This document shows, one piece after another, positions 12,206 through 23,651 of a DNA stretch of 64,000 nt. The stretch spans positions 124,001 through 188,000 of the forward strand of contig JAMDHS010000017.1 of the NCBI GenBank assembly GCA_029717555.1, in the 5' to 3' direction. The translations under genes were made by a program, and so were the position numbers. The notes beneath the pieces were generated by a model. That model was not told the DNA's origin. It did not search any database and worked only from the letters and a program-made list of their open reading frames with translations. This DNA comes from Peribolospora baueri (Eukaryota). Every line of letters starts with the position of its first letter. Position 1 is the first letter of the stretch.

Positions 12206-14447
12206 TCAATAGTTGACAGTGACCAGGAACTCGGCCTTCTTTCCTCCACCACCGCCAGCGGGGGCGAGGGGCGCTCCGCCGCCGCATTTGCATGGACCTG
12301 AGCCCGGGCAGCACCGGTACCCGCTGCCAGGGACGCACCACCATGGACCGCCTCCGCCCCCGTAGCGGGCGACGATGCCGGCGAGGGCGTCCTGTGATGG
12401 CGACACGGCAGAAATGGGCAATGAACAGAAGACGTGAGTCGTGAAGGACGGCCAGAAGGAGCGCTCCTCGATCGTAATAGACAGTTGAAAAAGCGAAATG
12501 AGAAAGGGAGGAAAAGCAACGCACGTCGACACCATCAGAGGTAGGCACTTTCTCATATGCGCCCTTCTTCTTCGCCTCCTCCTCCTTTTTCTTCTTCTCT
12601 TCCGCTTCCTTCTTCTTCTTCTCCTCTTCCTTCTTTTTCTTCTCCTCCTCTGCCTTCTTCTTCAGCTCCTCCACCCTGCCCGGTATGAAGATGGGCGCCA
12701 GGTCGAAGGCTAGGAGGAGCGCGGCGGCGAGGCTGAGAAGGAGCAAAGCAGGAGGGAAGGGACGACAAACGAAAACGAGGTCAGCGCGGGTGCGTGGGTG
12801 CAGCCAAATCGAGGGCTGGGGCCAGCTCGAACGAAACTCACAACTCGGTGACGACGAACAAGATCCAAAACGCGACGGCAGACTCTGGCGGGGACCTGCC
12901 TATCCCCTTGAGCGAGTCCCAGCTCATGTAGACGCCCTGATACTGGCTAAGCTCACCGCCGGGGTGGCCGGCGGCGGTCCATGCGGTCTCGGCCACAGCG
13001 CCTGCCCAGATGCACCAGATAAAGTGGATCAGTAGGAGGGCAAGGCCGCCTTCGAGGATGGCAAGCGCCATCGTAGGGATCTTGTGCACCGAACGGGCCA
13101 TCAGGGTGCTGCGGAGATGAAACGAAGATTGGTTTTTGATGGTCCGGGAGGTGGGTTGGGAGAGGGAAGACGGCGTCAGTGTGGGGGAGCGACTCCTTCC
13201 ATTGCTGAGCGCAACCGGAAAGGAGGGGACCGGGCTCACAAGAACATGGCGACCAGAATGACGCCCATCTCGATCAAGCTAGCGGCAAGGGGCAGCAATG
13301 GCGCGGCCTGGTCTGGCCTACCATCGTTGACGCCGGCGCCGGAGGAGCTGCTTGGCGTGTTTTGGTTGAGGAAGACGGCCAAAGCGGCCGAGCCGCCGAT
13401 GTAGAACGCAAAGGCGCCGGCGTTGACGATGCGCAAACCGAGTATCGACATTGGGCTGAACTTGGGCGCTCGAACCGTGAACAGATATAGATATACCTCC
13501 AACTGTGGGTGTGGGTGTGGGAGGAAAGCATATGAGCGGGCGGAGAGAGATCTTTTGCGGTGTTGCGGAGCACCCGAGTCCGGCAATCGTCCTCACCAGG
13601 AAAGGCGTCGCAGCCTGCAGGAAGACTTGCTCAATGACGATCCCTCCGGTGGTCGGATCGTTATTCGCCAGATATGCCCTAAGCGGGGTGGGTGGACGGA
13701 GGGGGAGCCGAAGGCCAGATGAAGAAGAGGGATACGGAACCAGGCCGGGTCAGTTTTTTGAGTCGTTTTCATCGAGGTACCGCGGAGAGACGGGAAGAGG
13801 GACTTACCTAGCTGCAAAGGTAGCGAGCCTGAGCACCAAAAAGAAAGCAAGAATCAGTGAGGCTATCTGAACGGCCAACAGCTTCCTAGTGAACCTCCAT
13901 GCCAAGGCGGCCAACAGGGCCAGGTAGAGGAGAAGGAAGATGACCGAGCTGGAGGGGTGGAGGGGCGCATGATGGACATTGGCGAGAATGAAGTGGACGT
14001 CAGCGGGCGTGCCCCGGAGGGGAAAGAAGAAGGAGAGAGAGGAAGAGAGCGAGCGGTAGGCACGCACGCAACCATATCGTCGCTTTCGTCGGGCACGACG
14101 CCATAGATGACTTGCACCCAGCTCGGGCCAGGCCAGACGGCGCAGGTACCGCCGCTGCCGCAACCCGGCGAGGTCTCGGGCGAGCTAGTGGGCCAGGGCG
14201 TGGTGGTGGTAGAGGAGGAGTGGTGGGAGGGGGTATACGGGTACGAGTTAGAGATGGTGGTGGTGATGGTGGTGGTACAGTCGTCCCACTCGGTCGTCAT
14301 CGTCGTCGTCGTCGTCCACCACCTCCGCGCCAGCTGCGTCGCTGCCGCCGCCGCCGTGGGTCCGGCCGTACGAACGGCTGAGGCGGCTGCGCGTAATGGG
14401 TAGGAGGTGGGTGTTGCCGGGGTGGGGACGATGGGGAATGCAGGCAT
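12206..14447 (-). CDS. RTA1-like multi-pass (about 7 TM) membrane protein with Thr/Pro-rich N-terminus, K/E-rich coil and Cys-rich tail; about 7 exons
   Basis: Spliced reading: ...PDESDDMVA|SVIFLLLYLALL...LVLRLATFAAR|AYLANNDPTTGGIVIEQVFLQAATPFL|LEVYLYLF...GVILVAMFL|...FWILFVVTEL|LAAALLLAFDL...KKKEEE...|DALAG...WWCVPGSGYRCCPGSGPCKC...VTVNY*. Intron phases checked are consistent. Confidence 0.7.
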
Positions 14448-15484
14448 CTTGGCGGCGTCGTCGTTGAGGTCGTCAATGAAAGGTTATTGCTGTGGTCGGA
14501 TGGTCTCCTCGCCCGCGATCGGGCGGGAGGAGAGGGAGGAGGAGGAGGAGGAGGATAGGAGGTGGGACGAGAATAGCTTGAGGAGAGCAGATGATAACGG
14601 AAGAGGGAACAGAGGGAGGGCCCTCGTGGGTGGGGGAGCACTTGGATAAGAATGGGAGAGGGAGAGGGAGGGGGAGGGATGAGGCTTGCGATACAACATC
14701 CACTCCCTTCTTTCTTTCATTAAGGCCGTCGCTCGCGTACACATGGATGGGCACCGCATCACGCTGACTTGCGAAGGCGGAGGGAGAACATCGGTCAACA
14801 TGCACCTCCCTTCCGACCGGCGACGCGATGATAGATAGATGGAACCACATATGATGCCGACGACCACGGAGCGACGGCCGACGGACGCTAACCCACACGG
14901 ACGAGGCGATACATACGACAGTTGCTCTTCCTTCCGACGTCTTCGTCGCCGCCACCCTCGTATACAACCTGGGCGCTTCGATGGGTCAGATCAGTAACAA
15001 AGCGGCCACATCTCGCATCTGGGAGCGCAGAGACGCCGGCGCCGACGGCGGAAGCAAGGGGCTCAGGGGGAAGTGCATCGCCTCGCCCCAAAGACGACGT
15101 ACATGCATATGCGTCGTAGAACGTATCTGTGTAACATAGCTGTCACCCGTCGCCGTGCAACGTGAGCATCCGGCGCACATGCTTAGGAGCCGATCAGACC
15201 GACCTGTCATCCATCCACATCCAACGCCATAGACGAGGACATCGAACAGACAGACACGAGACAGAATTGCCATCAGGATCAGGGACCAGGTACGGTATCC
15301 ATGCGAACCCCTAAATGAGAAGAAGTGGCCCGTCAGGTCTGATCGCAAGTAACTCAGGGCGAAATTGCTTTCCCTTCGGCCGTTGCCGTCTCCTCTTGCG
15401 GCTCTGGAGGAAATGAGCGCTGGCGAGACGAGAAGATGATCGAGCCGGAAGCCGGTCGCGCTTGGGCGCGTCGGGGTAGCCTCG

Positions 15485-16703
15485 TGTCACGTGCGTCCGC
15501 CGGTATGCACTTGCATGAGCGTGGGAACAATAGGAAAAGGATGCGATCCTCAGATGCGCTGTAATCAAACAGCGTGAAAGCCCGTCGATACCTTGTTCTC
15601 TTGGTTACAATCGCTTAAGCCCGCCAACCCTGCGAACAGGTTATTAGCCCAGGCTCAAGTCGTCTAACCGCGCACGGACCAAGCAAGAACAAGGACAAGA
15701 TGTCGACCCACCGAAAGCGACGCTCGAGCGACGTATTCGACGACCAATCGCGTCCAACGACCCCTAAGAACGACACGACGACGAACTACGCGAAGCTTTC
15801 GCGTCCATCGCGGTCGAAGACAGCTCGCCTCCTAGGGTCCTGGAAGAAGTCTCGCACGCACGAGGCAATGAAGGCGCCGACGTCAGCTGAGAGGAAAGCC
15901 CGAAGCAGGAAACCACCGAACAGCGTCAAGGCTTCATGCCACAGCAGCCTCAGCGGCTGCCTATGTGGACGCTTCAGTGGCCTGCGAATGTGCAAGGAGG
16001 GACGCACACGTATGCGATGCCTCCTGCGTTTTGGCCTCAACTTGTACAAGGTCAACAGGCTCCAATGCCTTGGCCCCAGACCACGCAAGGTCAGCCGCCT
16101 CCAATGCAGCAAGTTTACTTGCCATGGCCGGCTTTCCATCCGTCGGTCTCCCAGCCTCCTCCCGATGTGCAAGGTGCACCGCACTGGTCGCGACGAAAAC
16201 AAGGACGTCGGTCACAACACCTCAGCCGGACCGACAGTCGAGTCCCAAAACGGACGAGAGAGGGAGAAGGAGATTGAGAAGGATGAGAATAGGGCCAATC
16301 AGCTCGTGACAACGCTTATGAACTCCAAGGAGGTCAAACTCATGGGTCCGAACTACGACGCTTGGCAGTTTGCGTTCAGGCAGGTTGCCGGGGCCATCTC
16401 ACCCGGATCGCTCCGGATCATCGAACGCAAGGAGATCGGGCCCCCGGATAACGCTCCCCAGTGGGAGAAAGACGTTTTCAAGGAGCAGAAGCAGCGGGCA
16501 CAGTCTGCGCTTGTACTCGCTCTCGACGAGCAGCACAGACACGAAATGAGGGAAGTCGAGGATCCGCACGAAATCTGGAGGTCTTTGGCGGAAGGTACAA
16601 GCCTATCGAGCAATCGTCCTCTCTGGGTGCAGTTGGAGAACCTCTTTGCGGCAGATCATCATGCTCGGAAAGAGGTTCTCCAACTGCACCCAGAGAGGAC
16701 GAT
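15485..16703 (+). mobile_element. Truncated Ty1/Copia LTR retrotransposon remnant (putative 5' LTR, PBS, decayed gag)
   Basis: Candidate LTR TG(15485)...CA(15638), followed directly by GGTTATTAGCCC (one mismatch to the Copia-type PBS GGTTATGAGCCC). Gag/UBN2-like peptide LMGPNYDAWQFAFRQV...AQSALVLALDEQHRHEMREVEDPHEIWRSL. No pol. The LTR start is tentative. Confidence 0.8.
15700..16660 (+). pseudogene. Copia gag remnant
   Basis: The protein-like reading shifts frame near 15770 and near 16180, with an internal TGA near 15887; truncated at the hairpin loop. Confidence 0.65.
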
Positions 16704-16766
16704 GAAGACCTCCAGATTTCGTGCGGATCCTCGACTTCCCTCATTTCGTGTCTGTGCTGCTCGTCG
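16524..16766. repeat. Fold-back inverted repeat (hairpin)
   Basis: 16524-16585 is the exact reverse complement of 16705-16766 (62 bp). 16613-16647 is the exact reverse complement of 16669-16703 (35 bp). 21-nt loop; 27-nt bulge on the left arm. Confidence 0.97.
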
Positions 16767-16781
16767 GTGCGAGTGGCGCTC

Positions 16782-16853
16782 CTTATATACAGCGCATCAG
16801 AGGATCGCCTCCTTTTCCTTCCTCTCGTCCCACGCTCATCCACGTGCATACCG
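16782..16853 (-). mobile_element. Inverted, diverged LTR-like fragment with TATATAAG
   Basis: The reverse complement of 16788-16853 aligns to 15501-15563 at roughly 80% by eye. TATATAAG on the minus strand at 16782-16789. Confidence 0.75.
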
Positions 16854-18562
16854 CCCTACTGTAGCAACGGCGCTGCTGCTGCAGCAACTAGCAAGGAAGG
16901 CTTATTAACGGTCCCTTTCTTCTAACATCCCCGCTCCAGCCTCGCTGCGGCACGGAGAGGAGGACGATTGGACGGCGTTCCGGGCGACGAACTTTTACGT
17001 CTTTGCTACTTGCATACTTCCTTGAGGCCCGCGTCGGTGACAGAAGTTGAACGATGCGTGGGCTGGGAGGTATGTGACGGGCGGGTGACTCGGGCCGTCC
17101 GGCAGCCTGATCGTCGTTAGCGGCGGTAGCCAGCACTCGAACGAGGCCGGCGCTCCAGCGCATCATCGATGATGGGTGTCCTCGACGTCCGCAGCGCATG
17201 GTATGCACAGTAGGACGACTTGTTTCCATGCGTCGTTCAGAGTCTCCCGACGTTGGGTGCCCGCGTCCCGCTGCGAGCTCGTCTTAGGTCGTGTCGGCGC
17301 GCTTCTCGCGTCTCTCTTCTTTCTCTTCTCACAAACAAACCGTTTGGCCTACGAGGAGTACCATTTCTTCCTTGCTCGGAGAGGTTCGCGCGCCAACGTG
17401 GGAGAGCCGTCTCTCCCTTCGTTGGGGGGCGCGTCGAGTCCTCACTCAACGTGGCCGACACTGTCTGTCCCTAGCTTGACCGCTCGCCCGCTCTGTCTGT
17501 GGGGTGTGTATATAGGCAGCCTGGCGGTCTGTGGGAGCGAGGTCCAAACCGATGGAAGGTCGCCAGACGGGAACACAGCCGTCTGTTCCGTCGTTGTTGA
17601 CCCGTATGGCTGGCTGCCTATGACCGACCAGGAGGGGGAGGAAGAAGGAAGCGTCGTTGACGAATGAAGCGCAGAGTTGGTGAAGAAAGAGCACGCCCTC
17701 GACTGCGGATGGCTCCCTCGACTATGGGAATGGCGACGGCCAGCGGGATCCGGACGTCTTTGATGAAGCGAAGCGGAGTGAGTATTACTATGCATGCTGC
17801 GCAGTATACGGTGACCATGTCACTTGGGGCCGCAGCGCGAGAACGGCGTCCGGACTTGGACATCCCTCGGATCGTGTCCACAGTTCGGTGCAGTTTAAAC
17901 TGGGTGTCAGCGCGTCGAGGGACCGCCCGGTCGGTCGGTCGGCCACACATCCCGTCCCGTCCATCTGAGCTCCTGTCAGGTCGCGGTCGTCTGCGTAGGG
18001 CGCCTCGTCGTTTGTAAATCCACTTTGTCAAAGATGGGGCGACGGGAAGGACGGACGATAACGTCGCGGAGACGGATCCATCAGCACCTCCGCGACCTCT
18101 GGGGCCCCGGGACGCCCGGAACGTCCGGACGGAGGCCGGTCAGGGCGTCCGTGGTATTCGTCATTCGCCGAGTGCTGAGCCACTTGTTTTCCTTCTTCTC
18201 TTCTCCGAACCGTAGACACGTAGATACACAAGGAAGAAAGGGACGCCGGCTCCTGTGTTTACGTACACACCGGCCACTTCCGTCTGGGCCACCTGGGGCG
18301 GACTCGGGCAGCGGCCGGGAAAACGGATTTGCCGGCGCGCCTCCTGCTGACGTCGGCAGATTAGATCAAGGTAAAGAAAGGGTCGGGTCGACCGGCAATA
18401 CACAACGTCGCCGGTGCTCGTCGCTCCTTCTTCCATTAGTCAGTCACGTCCCCAGATCGGGGCGGGTGCCGGGACTGGGCGCTGTGTGTCTGGGGTAGCA
18501 CACAACGTCCGGCGATCCGGAATGGAGGCCAGGAGGGGATACGAAATTCCGTTGCCGGAGTG

Positions 18563-18618
18563 AGACAGCTGACAGGCAGACAGCTGACAGGCAGACAGAC
18601 AGACAGACAGAAAGACAG
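18563..18618. repeat. (AGAC)n-type simple repeat upstream of the monooxygenase
   Basis: agacagctgacaggc x2 followed by (agac)n. Confidence 0.7.
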
Positions 18619-18886
18619 ATCTCCGCCCCGCCTGCACCGGCGCAGGCGGCTCGCACAAGCACCACTATTTGAAGGACCCCCGCCCGAGCGCAAGGTCATC
18701 CCCGTCCCTCCCTTCCACCTGCACACGGCACCATCGCCTTCTTCGTCTCCCGATCCACCCAGCTCGCCGCCGCCGTCTCTCCGTCGGAGGCCCCCGCAGC
18801 GCCTTTTCCTTCCTCGTCACCGCGGCATCTTCCTCCTTCATCGCTCGCCTAGCCGACACCCACCAAGGCTCCCATCCTCGACAGAT

Positions 18887-21800
18887 ATGGCCACCTCAGA
18901 CTCGAAGCCGAGCCAGGGAACTCCGGCGACGCAAGAGGAGACCCACGCCGTTCTCTCCTCCGTCGACCTGCACAAGTACCCGGCCACGCACACGGAGATC
19001 AACGACGACGAGTGGGATTTCGTCATCGTCGGCGTGAGTGGACAGCCGGCCTTGCTGAATGTTCTTTCGCGTCGCCGGGCGCTCTAGCGCGTGCCGCAGG
19101 TTTCGCTCAATCTTCCGGCCTTTCTCTCTGCTTTCGCTCCCCGTCTCTTTTCGTCTTTTTTTGATGATGCCGACGACAGGCTGGCCCAGCGGGCCTGATG
19201 CTCGCCGTGAGTATGTGCAGATGGCGTTCGATTGGGCGCGCTCGCGCATCCAGCCGTGAGAGGGCGAGCGTGTACAGGAAATCTCACCTTGGTCCCGCTC
19301 TCGTGTCTTTTCGTCTCCCAGGCGTCTCTCGCTCGCTTCGGAGGACACAAGATCCTTGTCGTCGATGAGCGTTCCGAGCCTACCACCGGTGCGTAGCCCA
19401 GGCGCGGAAAAGGCCTCCCCTTCGCCCTCGACTCACGTTTACCTTGTAGACTGATCCCCTCCCGCTCTCCCCCTTCCAGCTGGCAGAGCGGACGGCGTCC
19501 AACCGCGCACGATCGAAGTCCTTCGCAACATGGAGCCTTTAGGCACAGAGTTCGTCCAGCGCTCGAGCGCCAGCTTTGAACGCACGTTTTGGGATCCCAA
19601 GGCGGACGGTTCGAGGGGGATCGAGAGAACTAGGAGGGTGCAGAGTTTCCCTGCTGGCATGGAAATTCAGGGTGAGTATGAGCAAGTCGGCCGAAACTTG
19701 ACGTACGCCCCTTTTTCAATTGTCTTTTCGTTTTTTCCATTGTCCGCCCATTTCCTTCTGTCCAGACAACTGCACGCTCGGAATACAGCAAGGTCTGATC
19801 GAGGGCGCCTTCTTGAGAGACATGGACAGGCACGGTCTCCGAGTCACACGGCCATGGGTGCGTCCGGACACTTCGTCCCGCCTTAGCCGCGGTTTGGGGA
19901 AAGGAAAGAAGCTCGCGCCTTCTTTCACTCGCTTACCTCTTTCTTGATTTCATGCTCTTGTTACCTTGCACACGGAAAATAGGGCTTCAAAAACTTTGTT
20001 CTGGACAACTCTCCGACCCACCCCGTCGCGGTGACCCTCCAAAAGTTCCTTCCCACCGTCGATACTGTCAACCAATCCGGCCAGCCCACCTCTGCGCCTC
20101 TTAAGCCGACGGGCGAAGTGAAGGAGGTGCGGACCAAGTTTTTGATCGGCTGCGATGGAGGGAGGAGCAGCGTTCGTGCCGTGATGGAGAGGGAACACGG
20201 AGTGACGATGACCGGAGACTGGGTGGATACGCTGTGGAGCGCGCTGGACTGCGTCGTCGAGACGGACTTTCCTGGTGAGCTTCGATGCGTGGCAACGAAT
20301 GGATGGGCGCGTTGTGTTCTACGTGCGCGACGTACGACGGCTCATTCGTGTCCCCCTCCTCCTCCCCCCTTTCCCTTCTTTGACACCCGCGACTGGAAGA
20401 TGTGAGGAAGATCGCCGCCATCCACTCGAGGAACCACGGCGCGCTGTACATCTTCCCACGCGAGGAGACTCCGGACGGCAAGCCAATCATCAGAGCGTGA
20501 GCATGGGCCCCCTGTGTCATCCTGGATCCCCTTCCGGGAGCTGCGATTTGCTTCTTTGGCTTGAGATGATACTCACCCTTCCTCCTTCCCTGGCACCCCA
20601 ACGTCTCATCATCTCGGACACAGATACACCCAAGTTAACTACCTCGAAGGTAAAAAGTCCAACGAGAGCGCTCTGACCGCCCGAGACAAGATCACGAAGG
20701 AGATGGTGCAGAAGGCCATTCAGGAGATCGCCTACCCTTACAAGTTTGAATTCAAGCGTGAGCTACCAGACGATGTGCACGTACAGACGTTTCGGATGTC
20801 GAAAGGGCGATCTCGATCTGACCTGACCGTTTTGTGCTGTCCTCGGGCTCGGACCTCGGCCTCCTTCGCTTCCATAGAGGTCGAATGGGTGAGTGTTTGG
20901 AGGCGATCGCTGCCCGGTCGGGAAGGCGCCGAGCCGAGCTTAGCTGACGGTTTCCCTCCCTTCTTTTCGTTGCTTCTGCAGTTCACCGCGTATCCCATCG
21001 GTCAGCGAATCGTCAGCCGCTACTCGAACCTAGGTTCCGAGGGCAAGTTCCCTGCCCACCATGTCTTCCTCGCCGGCGACGCTTGTAAGTGGTATATTCA
21101 CGACGGCGGGATTTATGGTGCCCTCATCTGCTCCCACGGATTTGGTGTTCCCTTCGCTCATCCCTATTCCCCCGCTCTTCCCCTCCCATTTCTTCAAGGC
21201 CACACTCATTCGCCCAAGGCCGGACAGGGCATGAACACGGCGGTCATCGATGCGCACGCGCTCGCTTGGCGCTTCAACCTCGTCCAAAAGGGCATGGCAA
21301 ATCACGATGCCCTTCTTGGCTCTTACCACGACGAGCGCTGGAAGGTCGGAAGGCAGCTGATCGACTTTGATGCCGAGTACGCCGCTCTGTTCAGCGGTGA
21401 GATTCCTAAGAGCCAACCGCATCTGATCAACATGAGTGAAGAGGAGAGGAGGGAACACTTCATCCATGTTCAGAGGAGGAACGTGAGTTAGGATGGGAGC
21501 CATACCTTCGCTTTCACACTCGTCTAGGCCGAAAGCTGACAATGATGCGTCTCGAAAACTCCGCGTGACGTTCTATAGGCCGCTTTCACGACCGGCGCCG
21601 GTGTGGTCTACCACGACGGCCTCCTCAACTACCGGGATCCTCGTCCCCTCGGCCTACCCGGGCCCGTCACCAAATACCTCGAGCCCGGCGCCCGACTCGA
21701 GCCGGCATGGGTGACGCGCTTCGTCAACTCCGAGCCGGTGCGCATCATTCACGAGATCCAATACGACGCACCCGGCGGCTTCCGCATCTATGTCTGCACC

Positions 21801-22383
21801 GGCGACCTCGAGCTCAACGCGCGAAAGCTCGAGGAACTCGCCGCCGCGTGGTCCGGTCCTCAAAGCTTCCTCAACCGCTTCACTTCGAACCGCACCATCG
21901 GTTACAACAAGAAGCCGCCGCAGCTGAACACTGGCTTGATGGGCGGGTTCGGTACGGAGGTCAACCCGATGTTCCATATTCTGACCGTCGTCAAGCAGAG
22001 CCGGTTCCGCTTTGAACTGGAGGTGAGCGGCATGCTTGCTGTTGTTATTGGCTGCGAAACGAGCGAGCCGTCTTGCTAACGTCGTCCCCACCACCTTTTC
22101 TTCCCTTCCCCTCTTATAGGATCTCAAACACCTCGGTCCCCTTCGCGCGATGGTCTATGCCGACGACGAAGAGCGGGGCGGACGCGCCATCGGCCGCGAG
22201 GACGGCGACTTCACCGTCGGTGGCCTTCACCGCAAGTGGGGTCTCGACAACGGCGGCATCGTCGTGTGCCGCCCCGACGGCTATGTCGGCGTCGTCGCAC
22301 CGCTCGACAAGACAGGCGTGGAGGCTATCGAACGGTACTTTGATGCGTTCCTCACCGAAGCTAAGGGGAGGAGCAGACTTTAA
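18887..22383 (+). CDS. FAD-dependent phenol 2-monooxygenase family protein, many exons
   Basis: DFVIVG|AGPAGLML; GRADGVQPRTIE; FLIGCDGGRSSVR; VFLAGDA|CHTHSPKAGQGMN; C-terminal thioredoxin-like GIVVCRPDGYVG. Confidence 0.93.
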
Positions 22384-23651
22384 GCCGAAGTTGACGGGAC
22401 GGTCAAGGACATAAAGATCGTCTTGCGTCGGCCTTGATTTTCTTCGCTTGCTTCCCTCCTCGCCTTGGCAATTTTTTTTTTCGGATCTGTGGAAGGACAG
22501 GTCTCTTCTGTGTTTTGATCCATGGTTGGATGTGAGGAAGTGTAGTGCAATCGAGCAAGACTCTCATGAATCTGTCGTATATATATATAGCTTCTGGGAT
22601 TGGCCAGTAGTCAGGCTGACCAAAGGTGCCTTTTGCTGGCTTAGATGGATTGTGTTTCCCAGACTCCATCCGGACAGTTTGGTCCATCGAAGGCCGCGCG
22701 CCGCTCAAGCCTTGCGAGGTATGTGAGCCACACACCGAGCGGCAAGAGACGCCGTGTGACAGGCATATCTATCTATCTGATCTGATCGAGCATGGCGCAC
22801 GTGCCATGTCATTTGAGCACGCCATGAGGTCCATCGACGTTCTTCCCAGCCTATACCTACCACACTACTGCTCATTCAGAAAATGCCGTTCGACCTCTGC
22901 GGACCCAAATCAGTTCATGGTCAGATTGGCCAGGTCGATGTGAACGTTTGCACGTCCAAGTAGTCTCTCGCCTCGACACGGGCAGTTGGGGGCGGCACGT
23001 ACACGTGTGTGGAGCCCTTGTACCGCCCATCCTCTCACCGCCAGTACCCCCGCCCGCGCCCGCTGCCTGCATTATGGATACTCCAGTCGGCGGGAAGCTG
23101 GCCTTCTTGGCCGTTCGCACCGCACTTCTTGCTCTTGCGGGGATGGACGGACAGAGACATATCGACGCCAAACGAATCGATTGAAAAATTGAACGTCTTG
23201 TTGTACGCAAGGTATGAATATGTGGAGAAGCACGAGGGCCCGGCCCCTATTTAGCAACATCGGGCGGCCACCGGCCAAGCAAATTCAGAAGGAATGCAAA
23301 ACACCTCCCCCAAGACGCCATCGGACGGAGCATGCGCATCGGGACATGGCCAAGGCGTAAGAGAGATGTACGAGGCGAGATTGGGAGAAACGGAAGAAGT
23401 GCTGGGGGAAAAGGTCACATAGGACTGGTATATAGAAGCGAATTAGATAAAGCAGACCACTGGGAGAGAGGAACTAGCAAGCATGCGGGAGGCGACTCTG
23501 CAGCTGCAACTGTCGGCGACATTCTCCACGCGGCAAAGGCTCATGACGATCACTGAAGGCAGGACGTCGCAAGAGGTATAGGCTCAGGCGTATGCCACCC
23601 GCGTAAAGACGAAAGCGAAATGAAGGCGATCGAAAAGACGGGCGGCGTGTA

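Noticed and set aside
15501..16853. Outer inverted repeats as TIRs of a DNA transposon or MITE
   Set aside because: The left copy sits inside a TG...CA segment followed by a PBS and gag; no transposase or target-site duplication was seen. An LTR origin fits better, though TIRs are not fully excluded.
22400..23600. Short ORFs between the monooxygenase and OSH1
   Set aside because: No motifs or consistent splice structure; treated as convergent intergenic sequence.
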